In this document: positions 30,978 through 43,113 of the stretch, one piece after another
Layout of the letters: each line of letters begins with the position of its first letter
Numbering within the stretch: position 1 is the first letter of the stretch
Assembly: GCA_030826765.1 (NCBI GenBank)
Contig: JAUUDM010000028.1
Span: 2,162 to 66,161 of the forward strand
Source of the DNA: Nautiliales bacterium
Lineage (GTDB): Bacteria > Campylobacterota > Campylobacteria > Campylobacterales > JAADDX01
Direction of reading: 5' to 3'
DNA: 64,000 bases
Made by a program: the position numbers and the translations under genes
The notes under the pieces: model-generated
Seen by the model: the letters and a program-made list of their open reading frames with translations, nothing else
Told to the model about the DNA's origin: nothing
Database searches by the model: none

Positions 30978-31812
30978 TGTAGTCCTTTATTTGTTTGATT
31001 TTTTTTATGATATTTTGAATTAACCATTCTGGAGTACTAGCTCCTGCACTCACTCCACAAAGGTTTTTATTTTTAAACCATTCAGGTTTTAATTCATCCG
31101 CATTTTCTATCAAGTAACTATCATTACAATTTTCCTTTGATATTAAATATAATTGTTTTGTATTTGATGAATTTTTCCCACCAATAATTATCATAATATC
31201 TGCTTCTTTTGAAAGTTCTTTCACCGCATCTTGATTTTCAAAAGTAGCATTACAAATTGTATTAAATACTCTTACTTCTTTATGATTTTCAACTAAAAAG
31301 TTCACTATTTTTAAGAATTCAGAAATCTTCCTTGTAGTTTGAGCTACAACTGCTATTTTTTCTTTTAATTTAATATTTTTAAGTTCATCTACATTTAATA
31401 CTACAAATGTTCTATTTTGATTTTTAGAATAACTTTTTACCCCTTTTACTTCAGGATGATTTATATCTCCAAAAATAACAACATCGTATCCATTTTCACT
31501 CATCTCTTTTACAATCTCTTGAGGTTTGGTAACAAAAGGGCAAGTTGCATCAATTAATTCTTTACCTTGAGATTCTAATTGTTCTTTATCCTCTTTTGTA
31601 ATACCATGAGTTCTAATGATTATTTTATTTGTATCTATTTTATCTAAACTATCCACATATCCAACATTATAATTATTTTTCAATCTCTCTATTTCAAGAG
31701 GATTATGGATAAGTGCACCATACGTTACCGCTCCACTTGATTTTTCAGCAATCTCAATCGCTCTTTTTACTCCAAAACAAAAGCCGTAACTATTTGCTAA
31801 TTTAATTTGCAT
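30970..31812 (-). CDS. ispH: 4-hydroxy-3-methylbut-2-enyl diphosphate reductase
   Basis: It has [18 protein letters not shown], and TICNAT with the three cluster cysteines. Confidence 0.9.
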   Translation of the reverse strand: MQIKLANSYGFCFGVKRAIEIAEKSSGAVTYGALIHNPLEIERLKNNYNVGYVDSLDKIDTNKIIIRTHGITKEDKEQLESQGKELIDATCPFVTKPQEIVKEMSENGYDVVIFGDINHPEVKGVKSYSKNQNRTFVVLNVDELKNIKLKEKIAVVAQTTRKISEFLKIVNFLVENHKEVRVFNTICNATFENQDAVKELSKEADIMIIIGGKNSSNTKQLYLISKENCNDSYLIENADELKPEWFKNKNLCGVSAGASTPEWLIQNIIKKIKQIKDYNE

Positions 31813-33082
31813 TCTCTACCTCTGTAATTTTCTCTAAAAGTTCTACAAAATTTGGAAATGATGTTTGAATAGAGTTAGTTTCATCAATTTGCATACCACA
31901 AATAAGACCTAAAATAGCAAAGCTCATTGCAATTCTATGATCTCCAAATGATTCTATTTTTGCAAATTTAGGATTTCCACCTCTAACTGCAAAGCCATCT
32001 TCAAATTCTTCAGTTTCTATTCCACATCTATTTAGATTATCAACTACAGCTTTTATTCTATCAGACTCTTTTACTCTCAGTTCCTTTGCATTTTTAACAA
32101 TACTTTTTCCATTTGCAACAGCCATAGCCATTGCAAGTGCCGGGATTTCATCAATAAGCCAAGCGATATTCTCACTAACTTCTACTGCTTTTAAGTCATT
32201 CCCTTCTACAACAATATCACCAATAGGTTCATATTTATCTTCTTTTAAAAGATATTCTATTTTTGTACCCATTTTTTCTAAAATTTTAAAAGCTTCTATT
32301 CTTGTAGGATTTAAAGTTAAATTTTTAAGAACTACTCTACTTTTTGTAATAGCAGCAGCTACTGCAAAGAAAAAAGCACTACTTGGATCAGTAGGAACTG
32401 TTATTTCTAATGGATTAAGTGGAGTTTTTAAAGGAATAATTTTAATTACATTTTCTTCAGTTTCAATTTCAGCACCCATTCCTTTTAACATTCTTTCCGT
32501 ATGATCTCTACTTAAACTCGGTTCTTTATAAGTAGATATTCCATTGGCATTCAGTCCTGCTAAAATCATAGCTGATTTAACTTGAGCTGAAGCAATTTTA
32601 CTTTCATAATTAAATGCTTCAAGTTTCCCCCCTCTAATAGCAAGTGGAGCTAAATTTCCATTTTCTCTACCATCAATTTTTGCACCAATACTAGTTAAAG
32701 GTGTAGCAACTCTTTTCATAGGTCTATTTCTAAGATATTTATCACCAGTTAAAACAAAAAAGCCATCAATTCCAGCCAAAAGTCCACTATAAATTCTAAT
32801 ACTTGTGCCACTATTTCCACAATCAAGTATATCAAATGGTTCTTTTAATTCTTTTGGAGGAGTAATTTTAATATATTCATCTGTTTTTTCTATTTTTGCA
32901 CCAAGAAGCTCGGCAATCTGTAGAGAATTTAATGTATCTTCTGCTTGAAGATAATTTTTTATTATTGAAGGTTTATTACTTAGCAAAGAAAAAATTGCAC
33001 ATCTATGTGATATTGATTTATCACTGGCAATTTCATCTATAACTATATCAAATTTTTGTTCTAACTGTTTTATTTTTATCAT
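31802..33082 (-). CDS. aroA: 3-phosphoshikimate 1-carboxyvinyltransferase
   Basis: It has [21 protein letters not shown] and KESDRI motifs. Confidence 0.9.
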   Translation of the reverse strand: MIKIKQLEQKFDIVIDEIASDKSISHRCAIFSLLSNKPSIIKNYLQAEDTLNSLQIAELLGAKIEKTDEYIKITPPKELKEPFDILDCGNSGTSIRIYSGLLAGIDGFFVLTGDKYLRNRPMKRVATPLTSIGAKIDGRENGNLAPLAIRGGKLEAFNYESKIASAQVKSAMILAGLNANGISTYKEPSLSRDHTERMLKGMGAEIETEENVIKIIPLKTPLNPLEITVPTDPSSAFFFAVAAAITKSRVVLKNLTLNPTRIEAFKILEKMGTKIEYLLKEDKYEPIGDIVVEGNDLKAVEVSENIAWLIDEIPALAMAMAVANGKSIVKNAKELRVKESDRIKAVVDNLNRCGIETEEFEDGFAVRGGNPKFAKIESFGDHRIAMSFAILGLICGMQIDETNSIQTSFPNFVELLEKITEVENAN

Positions 33083-35352
33083 CTTAACTCTATACCTAAC
33101 TCTTTTAATTTCTCAATTACTTGTGCAATTATACCATTTATTTCTTCATCTGTTAGTGATTTTTCAGAATTTTGTAAAATAAATCTTAATGTTAACGAAT
33201 TTTTAGTATCTAAATCGAATATATCTATTGGATAAAATTCAACTATTTCTACTATATTAAGAGTTTCAATCTCTTTTTTTATTTCATTATAATTTTGATT
33301 TTTATCAACAACTAAACTTAAATCTCTTGTTGATTTTTGAATCTTAACTATATCTTTTGCTTTAAATTCTTTATTTGGAAGTGAATCTATAAAAAATTCT
33401 GCAATAAATGTATCATCTAAATCAAAATCTTTTGCAATTTTTGGATGAAGTTTTGCTATAAATCCAACTTCTACTCCATCAATTAATACTTTTGCACTTT
33501 GGTAAGGATGTGATAAAATAATATGCTTATCTTCAACTAATTCAAAATCTCCTAAAATAGAAGATAATTTTTCTACAAAAAATGCAAAATCAACAGTTTC
33601 ATTTTTATTATGAGCTATATTTTCTTTATATTTAGCACCACTCCATACAAAACCTATTTTTTGAGATTCTTCTCTAAGTTCATTATACACGCTTCCTATA
33701 GTAAAAAGTGAAAGTTTTTTATATCCATTTTTCTTATTAAAACTAGCAGCATCTAAAAGTTGTAAAATTGTAGTTTGTCTAAGTGTATCAAGTTCAGTTA
33801 CTATTGGATTTAAAATATCTTCATTATCTTTTATTACAGGAATAGAATATTTTTTATATCTTTCTTTTGAATCAAAAACAAAATGTAATGTTTCAAAAAA
33901 TCCATTTGCAACTGCTTTTTCTCTAATAGATTTTAAAAATTCTATTTTTTTAATAGTATCATTTATTCTATTTTTCTCAGCAAAAATCAAAGGTTTTGAA
34001 GTTAATGTATCAATTCCATATACCCTTAGAATTTCTTCCGCAATATCATATTTATTAACTAAATCATGTCTAAAAGGTGGAATCTCTAATTTTATAGATT
34101 TTTCAGAACTATTTACTTCTGTTTTTATTTGAAGTTTATTTAAAATATTTACTATTTTATTTTCGTCAATAACTTCTCCAATAATAGAATAAATATCTTC
34201 TAAATTAACACTTAAAACTTTTTTTTCTATTTCGTTAGTTAAATCATAACTTCCATTATAAATTTTAGCATTTACTAAATTTAATTCATTTATAATATAA
34301 TTCATTCCTAATTTTAAATCTGGATTACTTCCTCTACTACTTCTAAAGAAAATTTCATCAGTTTTTATTTTTGTTTCATATACAATAGTTGAAACGATTT
34401 CAGGTTCTATAAAATTAGTATCAATTATAAAATTACCTAATCTATTTTCAGGCATTTTAATCATTTTAATACCAGTTTCATAAATAATTTTTTCTTCACT
34501 TTTTACAACATCAATTCTATTTTCTGTTTTAAATATAAGTTTTTTATAATTATCATAAATTGTTGTAATAACTCCTGTGGCTACAGTTGTATAAGTTGCA
34601 AAATCACATATATTATTAGTAACTTTTTCTTCAACTAAACTTAATCTATATCTAATCTTAAAAGGAATATTATCATTTTCAATATTAAAACCTTTTAGAT
34701 AATGAGATGAATTATCTATATCACCTTCTATTTGAAAAAGTCTTCCAAGACCCTCTGCATTTTTATCATCTTCGTATGCTGATATCTCTTTTAAAGGTAT
34801 ATTAAATTTTGCGCTAAGTTCTCTTGCAATTCCTAAAATAGAAAAGCTATCACCTCTATTTGCAGTAACACCAAGTTCAATAATATCATCATCTAAATAT
34901 TCACTTACATTTTTACCAACTTCAAGTTCACCAATAGAATTATCCAAAACCATAATTCCATCTTCAAGTTTTGGAAGTCCTATCTCAGTAGAAGAACAAA
35001 TCATACCAAAGCTTTCAACACCTCTAAGCTTTGCTTTTTTGATTTTGAAATTTCCTGGTAAAACTGCACCAACAACTGAAACTGCTACATATTGATCTTT
35101 TGATACATTTTTAGCCCCACAAACAATTTGTGTAACTTCACTTCCTACATTTACCTGACAAATATTAAGTTTATCTGCATCAGGATGTTTTTCACATTCT
35201 TCAACATACCCAACTACAACTTTATCAGCAATTCTAATTTTTTTAACTGCTTCTACTTCTTGACCTATGCTATTTAATCCATCACTAATTTCTTCTGTTG
35301 AAAAGTCTTTTAAATCAATAAATTCTTCCAACCATTTTCTTGTAACTATCAT
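33079..35352 (-). CDS. pheT: phenylalanine--tRNA ligase beta subunit
   Basis: It has an N-terminal tRNA-binding OB domain ([15 protein letters not shown]), B3/4 and B5 regions and a C-terminal anticodon-binding domain. It overlaps pheS by 4 nt. Confidence 0.9.
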   Translation of the reverse strand: MIVTRKWLEEFIDLKDFSTEEISDGLNSIGQEVEAVKKIRIADKVVVGYVEECEKHPDADKLNICQVNVGSEVTQIVCGAKNVSKDQYVAVSVVGAVLPGNFKIKKAKLRGVESFGMICSSTEIGLPKLEDGIMVLDNSIGELEVGKNVSEYLDDDIIELGVTANRGDSFSILGIARELSAKFNIPLKEISAYEDDKNAEGLGRLFQIEGDIDNSSHYLKGFNIENDNIPFKIRYRLSLVEEKVTNNICDFATYTTVATGVITTIYDNYKKLIFKTENRIDVVKSEEKIIYETGIKMIKMPENRLGNFIIDTNFIEPEIVSTIVYETKIKTDEIFFRSSRGSNPDLKLGMNYIINELNLVNAKIYNGSYDLTNEIEKKVLSVNLEDIYSIIGEVIDENKIVNILNKLQIKTEVNSSEKSIKLEIPPFRHDLVNKYDIAEEILRVYGIDTLTSKPLIFAEKNRINDTIKKIEFLKSIREKAVANGFFETLHFVFDSKERYKKYSIPVIKDNEDILNPIVTELDTLRQTTILQLLDAASFNKKNGYKKLSLFTIGSVYNELREESQKIGFVWSGAKYKENIAHNKNETVDFAFFVEKLSSILGDFELVEDKHIILSHPYQSAKVLIDGVEVGFIAKLHPKIAKDFDLDDTFIAEFFIDSLPNKEFKAKDIVKIQKSTRDLSLVVDKNQNYNEIKKEIETLNIVEIVEFYPIDIFDLDTKNSLTLRFILQNSEKSLTDEEINGIIAQVIEKLKELGIELR

Positions 35353-36338
35353 TTGAATTGCTCCATAAGTCTTAAATCTCCTTCATACATACTTCTTAAA
35401 TCATTTATTCTATGAATTAACATTGCAAATCTCTCAACCCCTAAACCAAAAGCATAACCACTTACATTTTCATACCCAACAGCTTTAAATACATTAGGAT
35501 CAACTATTCCACATCCTAAAACTTCAAGCCATCCTGTGTGAGAACATACTCTACATCCCTTTCCTTCACAAAAAATACAACTAATATCTGCTTCTGCACT
35601 TGGTTCTGTAAAAGGGAAAAAACTTGGTCTAAATCTAACTTTTACATCACCAAACATTTCAACTAAAAAGCTTTCTAACATAAATTTAAGATTTGCAAAA
35701 CTTACTTTTCCTTCTTCATCAACAACTAATCCTTCTACTTGATGAAACATAGGAGTATGAGTCAAATCATAATCTCTTCTAAATACAGCACCTGGAGAAA
35801 TCATTCTAATTGGTGGCTTTTGATTCATCATAGTTCTAATTTGTACAGGACTTGTGTGAGTTCTAAGTAATGTTCCATCGCTCATATAAAAAGTATCCTG
35901 CATATCTCTTGCTGGATGATATTTTGGCAAGTTAAGAGCCTCAAAATTATGAAATTCATCTTCAATTAAAGGCCCAGTTTCTACAGAAAAATTCATTCTA
36001 GTAAAAAAGTCTATAATTTTATCCATTGTCATATTAACTGGATGAAGTGCACCTATTTGACTTCTGTTTGAAAACATAGATACATCTAATTTTTCTGATT
36101 TTAATTTTAATTCAAGAGCTTTTTCTTCAAGTTCTGCTTTCTTTTGGGCAATCAAAGCAGCTGCTTTTTCTTTCATTTCATTTAAATTTTTAGCAAATTC
36201 TCTCTTTTGCTCATTTGGAATCTCTTTCATTCTTTTAAACTCATTAGTTATAACTCCATTTTTACCCAGAAGTTCTACTCTAATTTTTTCAAGTTCATCC
36301 AAATGCAGAGCATTTTTTATTTTAGATAAATCAATCAT
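35349..36338 (-). CDS. pheS: phenylalanine--tRNA ligase alpha subunit
   Basis: It has class-II motifs ([35 protein letters not shown]). Confidence 0.95.
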   Translation of the reverse strand: MIDLSKIKNALHLDELEKIRVELLGKNGVITNEFKRMKEIPNEQKREFAKNLNEMKEKAAALIAQKKAELEEKALELKLKSEKLDVSMFSNRSQIGALHPVNMTMDKIIDFFTRMNFSVETGPLIEDEFHNFEALNLPKYHPARDMQDTFYMSDGTLLRTHTSPVQIRTMMNQKPPIRMISPGAVFRRDYDLTHTPMFHQVEGLVVDEEGKVSFANLKFMLESFLVEMFGDVKVRFRPSFFPFTEPSAEADISCIFCEGKGCRVCSHTGWLEVLGCGIVDPNVFKAVGYENVSGYAFGLGVERFAMLIHRINDLRSMYEGDLRLMEQFK

Positions 36339-36403
36339 TTATTAAGACCTTTAAATTTTTTCCTAATTTTACAAAAATTTTGAGTATAATTCAAAAAAAT
36401 TAA

Positions 36404-36751
<348 letters not shown>

Positions 36752-36781
36752 TTATAAAATTTTATTAAAAAAGGAATAATT

Positions 36782-37630
36782 TTGAAATATGTAGGAGCTC
36801 ATGTAAGCAGTAGTGGTGGAGTTTTTAATGCACCAATTAATGCATATAAAATAGGTGCAAAAGGTTTCGCTATGTTTACTAAGAATCAAAGACAATGGGT
36901 AGCAAAACCACTCGAAGAAAAAATAATTAATGAATTTAAATCAAAAATGGATGAATTTGGATATACAGCTGATATGGTTTTACCTCACGATAGTTATTTA
37001 ATCAATTTAGGTCATCCAGAAACAGAAAAAGAAGAAAAATCTCTAAACGCTTTTATTGATGAACTTAAAAGAGTTGAACAATTAGGACTTAAATATCTAA
37101 ATTTTCATCCAGGAAGTCATTTAAAGAAAATAAGTGAAGAAGAGTGCTTAGAAAAAATTGCTAAAAATATAAATAAAGCTCTAAAAGAGACTAATTCAAG
37201 TATAGCAGTTATTGAAACAACAGCTGGGCAAGGTTCAAATTTAGGATATAAATTTGAACATTTAAGAGATATTATTGATTTAGTAGAAGATAAAGAAAGA
37301 ATTGGAGTTTGTATAGATACTGCTCATATTTTTGCAGCTGGCTATGACATAAGAACAAAAGAAGCATACAAAAAAACAATGAATCAATTTGATGAAATTG
37401 TAGGATTTAAATATTTAAAAGGTATGCATATAAACGATTCAAAAGCAAAATTTACTTCAAGAGTTGATAGACACCACTCTTTAGGAGAAGGTGAAATTGG
37501 AATAGATGCTTTCAAATTTATAATGAATGATGAAAGAATTGATAATATTCCTTTAGTTTTAGAAACAATAAATCCTGATATTTGGGAAGAAGAGATAAAA
37601 CTATTATACTCTTTTGAAGGCAAAGAATGA
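36782..37630 (+). CDS. nfo: endonuclease IV (deoxyribonuclease IV)
   Basis: It starts (TTG)[12 protein letters not shown] and has [20 protein letters not shown] and LETI motifs. Confidence 0.85.
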   Translation: MKYVGAHVSSSGGVFNAPINAYKIGAKGFAMFTKNQRQWVAKPLEEKIINEFKSKMDEFGYTADMVLPHDSYLINLGHPETEKEEKSLNAFIDELKRVEQLGLKYLNFHPGSHLKKISEEECLEKIAKNINKALKETNSSIAVIETTAGQGSNLGYKFEHLRDIIDLVEDKERIGVCIDTAHIFAAGYDIRTKEAYKKTMNQFDEIVGFKYLKGMHINDSKAKFTSRVDRHHSLGEGEIGIDAFKFIMNDERIDNIPLVLETINPDIWEEEIKLLYSFEGKE

Positions 37631-38880
37631 AACTTTTAAAAATAAAAAATTCTAAAATTAGTGGTAAAGTTAAAATTAGTGGTGCTAAAAATGCAGCTCT
37701 ACCACTAATCGCTATGACAATTTTAGCAAAAAATGAAATAGTAATTAATAATATTCCAAATGTAGCTGATATAAATACGATGCTAAAACTTTTAAAACTT
37801 TTAGGAAGTGAAATTGAATTTCAAAATAACACTTTAAAAATAAATACAAATTCAATTAATTCTACTACGGCAACTTATGACATTGTAAAAACAATGAGGG
37901 CTTCTATTTTAACTCTTGGACCACTTCTTGCAAGATTTAAAGAATGTAAAGTTTCACTCCCTGGTGGATGTGCTATTGGTTTAAGACCTGTAGATTTACA
38001 TATAAAAGCGCTTGAAAAAATGGGTGCTGAAATTTTAATAGAAAATGGTTATATTCATGCAAAATGTCATGAATTGGTTGGATGTGAAATCATTTTTGAT
38101 AAAATTACAGTAACTGGGACAGAAAATATTATAATGGCAGCAGTTTTAGCAAAAGGTGAAACAAAAATTTTAAATGCTGCAAAAGAACCAGAAGTCGTGC
38201 AATTATGCGAAATTTTAAAAGAAAATGGAGTTAAAATTGAAGGAATTGGAACAAGTACTCTTTCAATTCAAGGTCAAACTGATTTAATAGAAATCAAACC
38301 TTTTAGTGTAATTCCTGATAGAATAGAAGCTGGTACTTATCTTTGTGCCGGTGCTATTGCAAATTCTAAACTTACAATTACAAATATAATCCCAACTCAC
38401 ATAGAAAATATAATTTCAAAGCTTGAAGAAATGAACTTTAGTTTTGAAAAAAATAAAAATTCTGTAACTATTTTACCAACAGATGAAATAAAACCAGTAA
38501 ATATTGTAACAAACGAACACCCAGGATTTCCAACCGATATGCAAGCTCAATTTATGGCAGTTGCTACTCAAGCAAATGGAGTTTCTACAATCGAAGAGAG
38601 ACTTTTTGAAAATAGATTTATGCACGTAGCTGAACTTAATCGCCTTGGTGCTGATATTAAAATTAATGGAAAAGTAGCAACTATTTATGGAAATAAACAG
38701 TTAGTAGGTGCTGATGTAATGGCTACTGACCTTAGAGCTAGTTCTGCACTTGTTTTGGCAGGAATTATTGCAAGTGGACAAACTACTATTCATAGAGTTT
38801 ATCATCTTTTTAGAGGTTATGAAAATTTAACTGAAAAATTAAAAAATATAGGGGTAGATATTCTTTTGGAAGAAGAGTAA
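37627..38880 (+). CDS. murA: UDP-N-acetylglucosamine 1-carboxyvinyltransferase
   Basis: It has SGAKNAALP, the [15 protein letters not shown] catalytic Cys loop and FENRFMH. Confidence 0.95.
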   Translation: MKLLKIKNSKISGKVKISGAKNAALPLIAMTILAKNEIVINNIPNVADINTMLKLLKLLGSEIEFQNNTLKINTNSINSTTATYDIVKTMRASILTLGPLLARFKECKVSLPGGCAIGLRPVDLHIKALEKMGAEILIENGYIHAKCHELVGCEIIFDKITVTGTENIIMAAVLAKGETKILNAAKEPEVVQLCEILKENGVKIEGIGTSTLSIQGQTDLIEIKPFSVIPDRIEAGTYLCAGAIANSKLTITNIIPTHIENIISKLEEMNFSFEKNKNSVTILPTDEIKPVNIVTNEHPGFPTDMQAQFMAVATQANGVSTIEERLFENRFMHVAELNRLGADIKINGKVATIYGNKQLVGADVMATDLRASSALVLAGIIASGQTTIHRVYHLFRGYENLTEKLKNIGVDILLEEE

Positions 38881-38912
38881 GTTATATAAAATTGATAATG
38901 TATAATTGAGAG

Positions 38913-38938
38913 TTGATAATTTTTATTTATCAATTTTC
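38913..38938 (+). terminator. weak AT-rich hairpin plus T-run between convergent murA and the ACC-deaminase-like gene
   Basis: TTGATAA (38913-38919) pairs with TTATCAA (38927-38933) and is followed by TTTT. An outer imperfect repeat AATTGAGAGTTGATAA / TTGTCAATTCTCAATT (38904-38919 / 38948-38963) extends into the neighbouring gene end. Confidence 0.3.
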
Positions 38939-38943
38939 CATTT

Positions 38944-39810
38944 TCAATTGTCAATTCTCAATTTTCTTTCATATCTTTGAATCATACTTTCATTCCCTTT
39001 TAATCCACCTTGATGAATATAGATAATATTTCTTCCTAAAACATCTAAATTATTCATCACAACTTGCCAGCCAATTGGATCATAAAGTAAATCAAATTCA
39101 ATTCCACTATTTTTAAGCTCAAGCCAAATTTCATAATTTTCTTTATAAAGTTTTCCAAAATGAAATTTTTTATGTTTTGGAATAATCGTAGGATAAAAGT
39201 CTGAATTTATTTCTAATTCTTGCCATTGCTTAACAAGATAGTCATCATCTCCGACTGAGCTACAAGTATAAACTCTACCTGTGAAATGTTTTTGAAGAAA
39301 AAGAGCCGTAACTCCTGTTCCACTCGGTAAAAAAACAGAATAATTTTCATACTCTTTTAATTCATCTACTAACATTTTTATACCAAATTCAGCTTCTTTT
39401 ACTGCCCCACCCTCTTTAATAAAAATAGTATTTTTATCAAAGATAATAGAATTATTTTTTAATTTTTCTACCATTTCTGAATTTTCTATGATTTCTGCAC
39501 CATTTAAAAGTGTATATTTATAATTTCCAATTGGATTAGTAATTAAATATTGTGGCAAATGATTAACATAATAAGTTAACTCTATATTGAAAAGTTTAGC
39601 TAACACACTCAAAGAATACATCGCATTTGATTGATTTGAGCCATAAGATATTATTTTTTTTATTTGAGGATTTTGTTTTAGATATTCAAAATAGTAATAA
39701 AATTTTCTAGCTTTATTTCCTGAAAATTCTTCACTTATTAAATCATCTCTTTTTATTAAAAAATCAAAATTTTTAAAAGTAAATTTTGAGATAGGAGAAG
39801 GAAAAAGCAT
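38944..39810 (-). CDS. PLP-dependent ACC deaminase / D-cysteine desulfhydrase family protein
   Basis: It has the RDDL..FSGNKARKF motif (the PLP lysine of the GNKxRK signature) and a tryptophan-synthase-beta-like length. Confidence 0.65.
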   Translation of the reverse strand: MLFPSPISKFTFKNFDFLIKRDDLISEEFSGNKARKFYYYFEYLKQNPQIKKIISYGSNQSNAMYSLSVLAKLFNIELTYYVNHLPQYLITNPIGNYKYTLLNGAEIIENSEMVEKLKNNSIIFDKNTIFIKEGGAVKEAEFGIKMLVDELKEYENYSVFLPSGTGVTALFLQKHFTGRVYTCSSVGDDDYLVKQWQELEINSDFYPTIIPKHKKFHFGKLYKENYEIWLELKNSGIEFDLLYDPIGWQVVMNNLDVLGRNIIYIHQGGLKGNESMIQRYERKLRIDN

Positions 39811-40871
39811 TAAATAGCTTTTAATGCCTTATAAGCTTCTAAAACTCTCTCTTTCATAGAGATTTCCCCTGCTCTTAACCATTTTCTTGGGTCATAATAT
39901 TTTTTATTTGGTTTATCTTCACCTTCTGGATTTCCGATTTGAGATTGTAAATAATCACTATATTTTTCAATATAACCTTTTACACCACTCCAAAATGCCC
40001 ATTGAGTATCTGTATCAACATTCATTTTAACTACACCATAATCAACTGCTTCGTGGATTTTTTCTATTTCACTTCCACTTCCACCATGGAACACAAAATC
40101 AACTGGTTTATCAATATTTAAATTAAACTCTTTTTTGATATATTCTTGCGAATTTTTAAGAATCTCAGGAGAAAGTTTAACATGTCCTGGTTTATAAACT
40201 CCGTGAACATTTCCAAAACTTGCTGCAATTGTAAATAAATCACTAACTTCACTTAATTCTTTATAAGCATATGCAACATCTTCTGGTTGAGTATAAAGTT
40301 TTGAATTATCAATTCCTGTATTATCAACACCGTCTTCTTCTCCACCAGTTACACCAAGTTCAATTTCAATTAACATATCAATTTTTGACATTCTTTTAAG
40401 ATATTCTTTTGAAATAGATACATTTTCTTCTAAACTTTCTTCGCTTAAATCAAGCATATGAGAAGTAAAAAGTGGTTTCCCCGTTTCTGCATAAAACTTT
40501 GCTCCTGCTTCTAAAAGTCCATCAATCCAAGGAAGAAGTTTTTTAGCTGCGTGGTCTGTATGTAAAATTACACTAACGCCATAATCTTCAGCAACTGTAT
40601 GAATATGTTTAGCACCACTTACAGCACCTAAAATAGAAGCTTTATAATTTTCATTACCCATACCTTTTCCCGCAAAAAATTCAGCTCCACCATTACTAAA
40701 CTGAACAATTACTGGCAAATTTGCTTCTTTTGCTGCTTCAAGTACAGCATTCGCAGAATCTGTCCCTACTACATTTACAGCAGGAAGTGCAAAACCTTTT
40801 TCTTTACAGTAAGCATAAACTTCTTTTGCTTCTTTTCCTGTTAAGACACCTTTTCTAAATTCCATATTCAC
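39810..40871 (-). CDS. fba: class II fructose-bisphosphate aldolase
   Basis: It has LHTDH, EIELGVTGGEEDG, GNVHGVYK and FVFHGGSGS motifs. Confidence 0.9.
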   Translation of the reverse strand: MNMEFRKGVLTGKEAKEVYAYCKEKGFALPAVNVVGTDSANAVLEAAKEANLPVIVQFSNGGAEFFAGKGMGNENYKASILGAVSGAKHIHTVAEDYGVSVILHTDHAAKKLLPWIDGLLEAGAKFYAETGKPLFTSHMLDLSEESLEENVSISKEYLKRMSKIDMLIEIELGVTGGEEDGVDNTGIDNSKLYTQPEDVAYAYKELSEVSDLFTIAASFGNVHGVYKPGHVKLSPEILKNSQEYIKKEFNLNIDKPVDFVFHGGSGSEIEKIHEAVDYGVVKMNVDTDTQWAFWSGVKGYIEKYSDYLQSQIGNPEGEDKPNKKYYDPRKWLRAGEISMKERVLEAYKALKAI

Positions 40872-40874
40872 CCC

Positions 40875-41675
40875 TTAGTTGTAATATTTAATATTTGCTT
40901 TTTCTTTTATACTATCAACATATTCTTTTAATTTTTTAACTTTTAATTGTTGAATAATCATCGCTTTTGCTTTTTCAAATGGAACATATCCACCAGATTT
41001 TTTGTCTTCTATATAAATTATATGCCAACCAAATCTTGTATGTACTGGTTTTAAGGTAATATCACCTTTATTTAGTTTAAATGCAACTTCACTAAATGCT
41101 GGTATCATTTTATCTTTAGTAAACCATCCAAGTTCTCCACCCATTTTACCACTTGGTCCAACAGATTTTGTTTTTGCTAATTCTATAAATTTTTCTTCTA
41201 ATTTACTTTTTGGAGTTTTTCTAAGTTCAGCAATAATTCTCTCAGCTTCTTCTTTTGATTTTACTAAAATATGTCTTGCTTTAACTTGTGCAGGTTGTTT
41301 AAACATTAAATCTTTGTTTTTATCATAAAATACTTTTGCTTCTTTTTCAGTTATAGAAATAGAATTAAGTTTTTGTTTTACAAATACTCTTAAAGCCAAC
41401 TGTTTTTTTACTTTTGCAAGTTCTTTTTTAAATTCTTTACTATTTTCAATTCCACTTTTTTCAGCAGTTTGAATTAAAAGCGCTTGAGTAATAACATCAT
41501 CTAATATTTTTTGTTTATACTCTGCTGGTAATTGATCATAAGTTATTTTTTGAGCTTTTAACACTTCATTTATTTCAGATTTTGTAACTTTTTCTCCATT
41601 TACACTTGCTAAAACATCACTATTTGCAAATAAACTACCAACTAAAACTAAACTTCCTAATACTAATTTCTTCAT
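40875..41675 (-). CDS. periplasmic parvulin-type peptidyl-prolyl isomerase (PEB4/SurA-like chaperone)
   Basis: It has a signal peptide and a PpiC domain (ARHILV ... GGELGWF ... FGWHII). From memory, the adjacency to fba matches the peb4-fba pair of Campylobacter. Confidence 0.8.
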   Translation of the reverse strand: MKKLVLGSLVLVGSLFANSDVLASVNGEKVTKSEINEVLKAQKITYDQLPAEYKQKILDDVITQALLIQTAEKSGIENSKEFKKELAKVKKQLALRVFVKQKLNSISITEKEAKVFYDKNKDLMFKQPAQVKARHILVKSKEEAERIIAELRKTPKSKLEEKFIELAKTKSVGPSGKMGGELGWFTKDKMIPAFSEVAFKLNKGDITLKPVHTRFGWHIIYIEDKKSGGYVPFEKAKAMIIQQLKVKKLKEYVDSIKEKANIKYYN

Positions 41676-41685
41676 TTTTTTCCTT

Positions 41686-42399
41686 TTATGCCATATTATG
41701 GATTACATTTTGAACATCATCATCTTCTTCTAATGTATCAATTAATTTTTCAACTTTTTCAGCAGTTTCATCATCTACATCAATTTCATTTGTAGCTATA
41801 TAATCAATATTTGATTCTAAAATATCTACTCCAAGACCACTAATTGCTTCAAGTAATCCATTAAAATCTTCAGGAGCTGACTCTATAACTAAAACCTCAT
41901 CAAATTCTTTTATATCTTCTGCTCCATATTCCATCGCAGTTTCCATAATTTCATCTTCTCTTTCATCTCTATTTACAGAAATGATACCTTTTTTTGCAAA
42001 CATCCAACTCACACTTCCACTCGTTCCTAAGTTTCCACCAGCTTTTGTAAAAGCGTGTCTAATATTAGCAACAGTTCTGTTTCTGTTATCTGTCATAACT
42101 TCAACCATAATAGCTACACCACCTGGTCCATATCCTTCATAAGTTATTTCTTCATAAACAACACCATCTAAATTTCCAGTTGCTTTATCAATAGCTCTTT
42201 GAATATTTGCTTGAGGCATAGAAACTTCTTTTGCCTTATCAATAGCAAGTCTTAAAGCTGCATTTTGATCAGGATCCCCTCCTCCATTTCTTGCAGCAAC
42301 CATAATATCTCTAACTGCTTTTGTAAACAACTTCCCTTTAATTGCATCTTGTTTTGCTTTTATATGTTTAACTTTTGACCATTTATTATGTCCAGCCAT
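41686..42399 (-). CDS. YebC/PmpR family DNA-binding transcriptional regulator
   Basis: It starts [27 protein letters not shown], which is diagnostic of the family. Confidence 0.9.
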   Translation of the reverse strand: MAGHNKWSKVKHIKAKQDAIKGKLFTKAVRDIMVAARNGGGDPDQNAALRLAIDKAKEVSMPQANIQRAIDKATGNLDGVVYEEITYEGYGPGGVAIMVEVMTDNRNRTVANIRHAFTKAGGNLGTSGSVSWMFAKKGIISVNRDEREDEIMETAMEYGAEDIKEFDEVLVIESAPEDFNGLLEAISGLGVDILESNIDYIATNEIDVDDETAEKVEKLIDTLEEDDDVQNVIHNMA

Positions 42400-42468
42400 T
42401 AATTTCCTTTAATCAAATTTTTTGATATTATACCAAATAAATTATAAAATATAAAAAAGGATAATATT

Positions 42469-43113
42469 ATGATTAAAACTTCTAAAAAAAATATTAAAGA
42501 GATAAAAGAAATTTTATTAGAAAAATATAAAGATGCTAAAACTGAATTACAATATAAAAATGATTATGAACTCTTAATTTCTATTATTTTATCAGCTCAA
42601 TGCACAGATAAAAGAGTAAATATTATTACTCCTGCACTTTTTGAAAAATACCCTTCTACAAAAGAACTTGCAAAAGCAAATTTAGATGATGTAAAAGAAA
42701 TAATTAAAAGTTGTTCATTTTTCAACAATAAAGCTAAAAATATAATCCAAATGGCAAAAATAGTAGAAGAAAAATATAATGGAAAAATCCCACATAATCA
42801 TAAAGAGCTTATAAAACTACCAGGAGTAGGAAATAAAACTGCAAATGTATTTTTGATTGAACAAGACAATGAAAATAGAATGGCAGTTGATACTCATGTT
42901 TTTAGAGTTAGTCATAGACTTGGTCTTAGTGATGCAAAAACAGTCGAAGGATGCGAAAAAGATTTAGTAGAAGCTTTTAAAACTGATTTAGCAACTCTTC
43001 ATCAAGCATTAGTTTTATTTGGTAGATATATTTGCACCGCTAAAAATCCAAAGTGTGATAAATGTTTTTTAACAAAATATTGTCAAAGCAAAAAAGGATT
43101 CAAACCCTCTTAA
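42469..43113 (+). CDS. nth: endonuclease III
   Basis: It has HhH-GPD (LPGVGNKTANV), a catalytic DTHV and the C-terminal 4Fe-4S cluster C-x6-C-x2-C-x5-C (CTAKNPKCDKCFLTKYC). Confidence 0.9.
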   Translation: MIKTSKKNIKEIKEILLEKYKDAKTELQYKNDYELLISIILSAQCTDKRVNIITPALFEKYPSTKELAKANLDDVKEIIKSCSFFNNKAKNIIQMAKIVEEKYNGKIPHNHKELIKLPGVGNKTANVFLIEQDNENRMAVDTHVFRVSHRLGLSDAKTVEGCEKDLVEAFKTDLATLHQALVLFGRYICTAKNPKCDKCFLTKYCQSKKGFKPS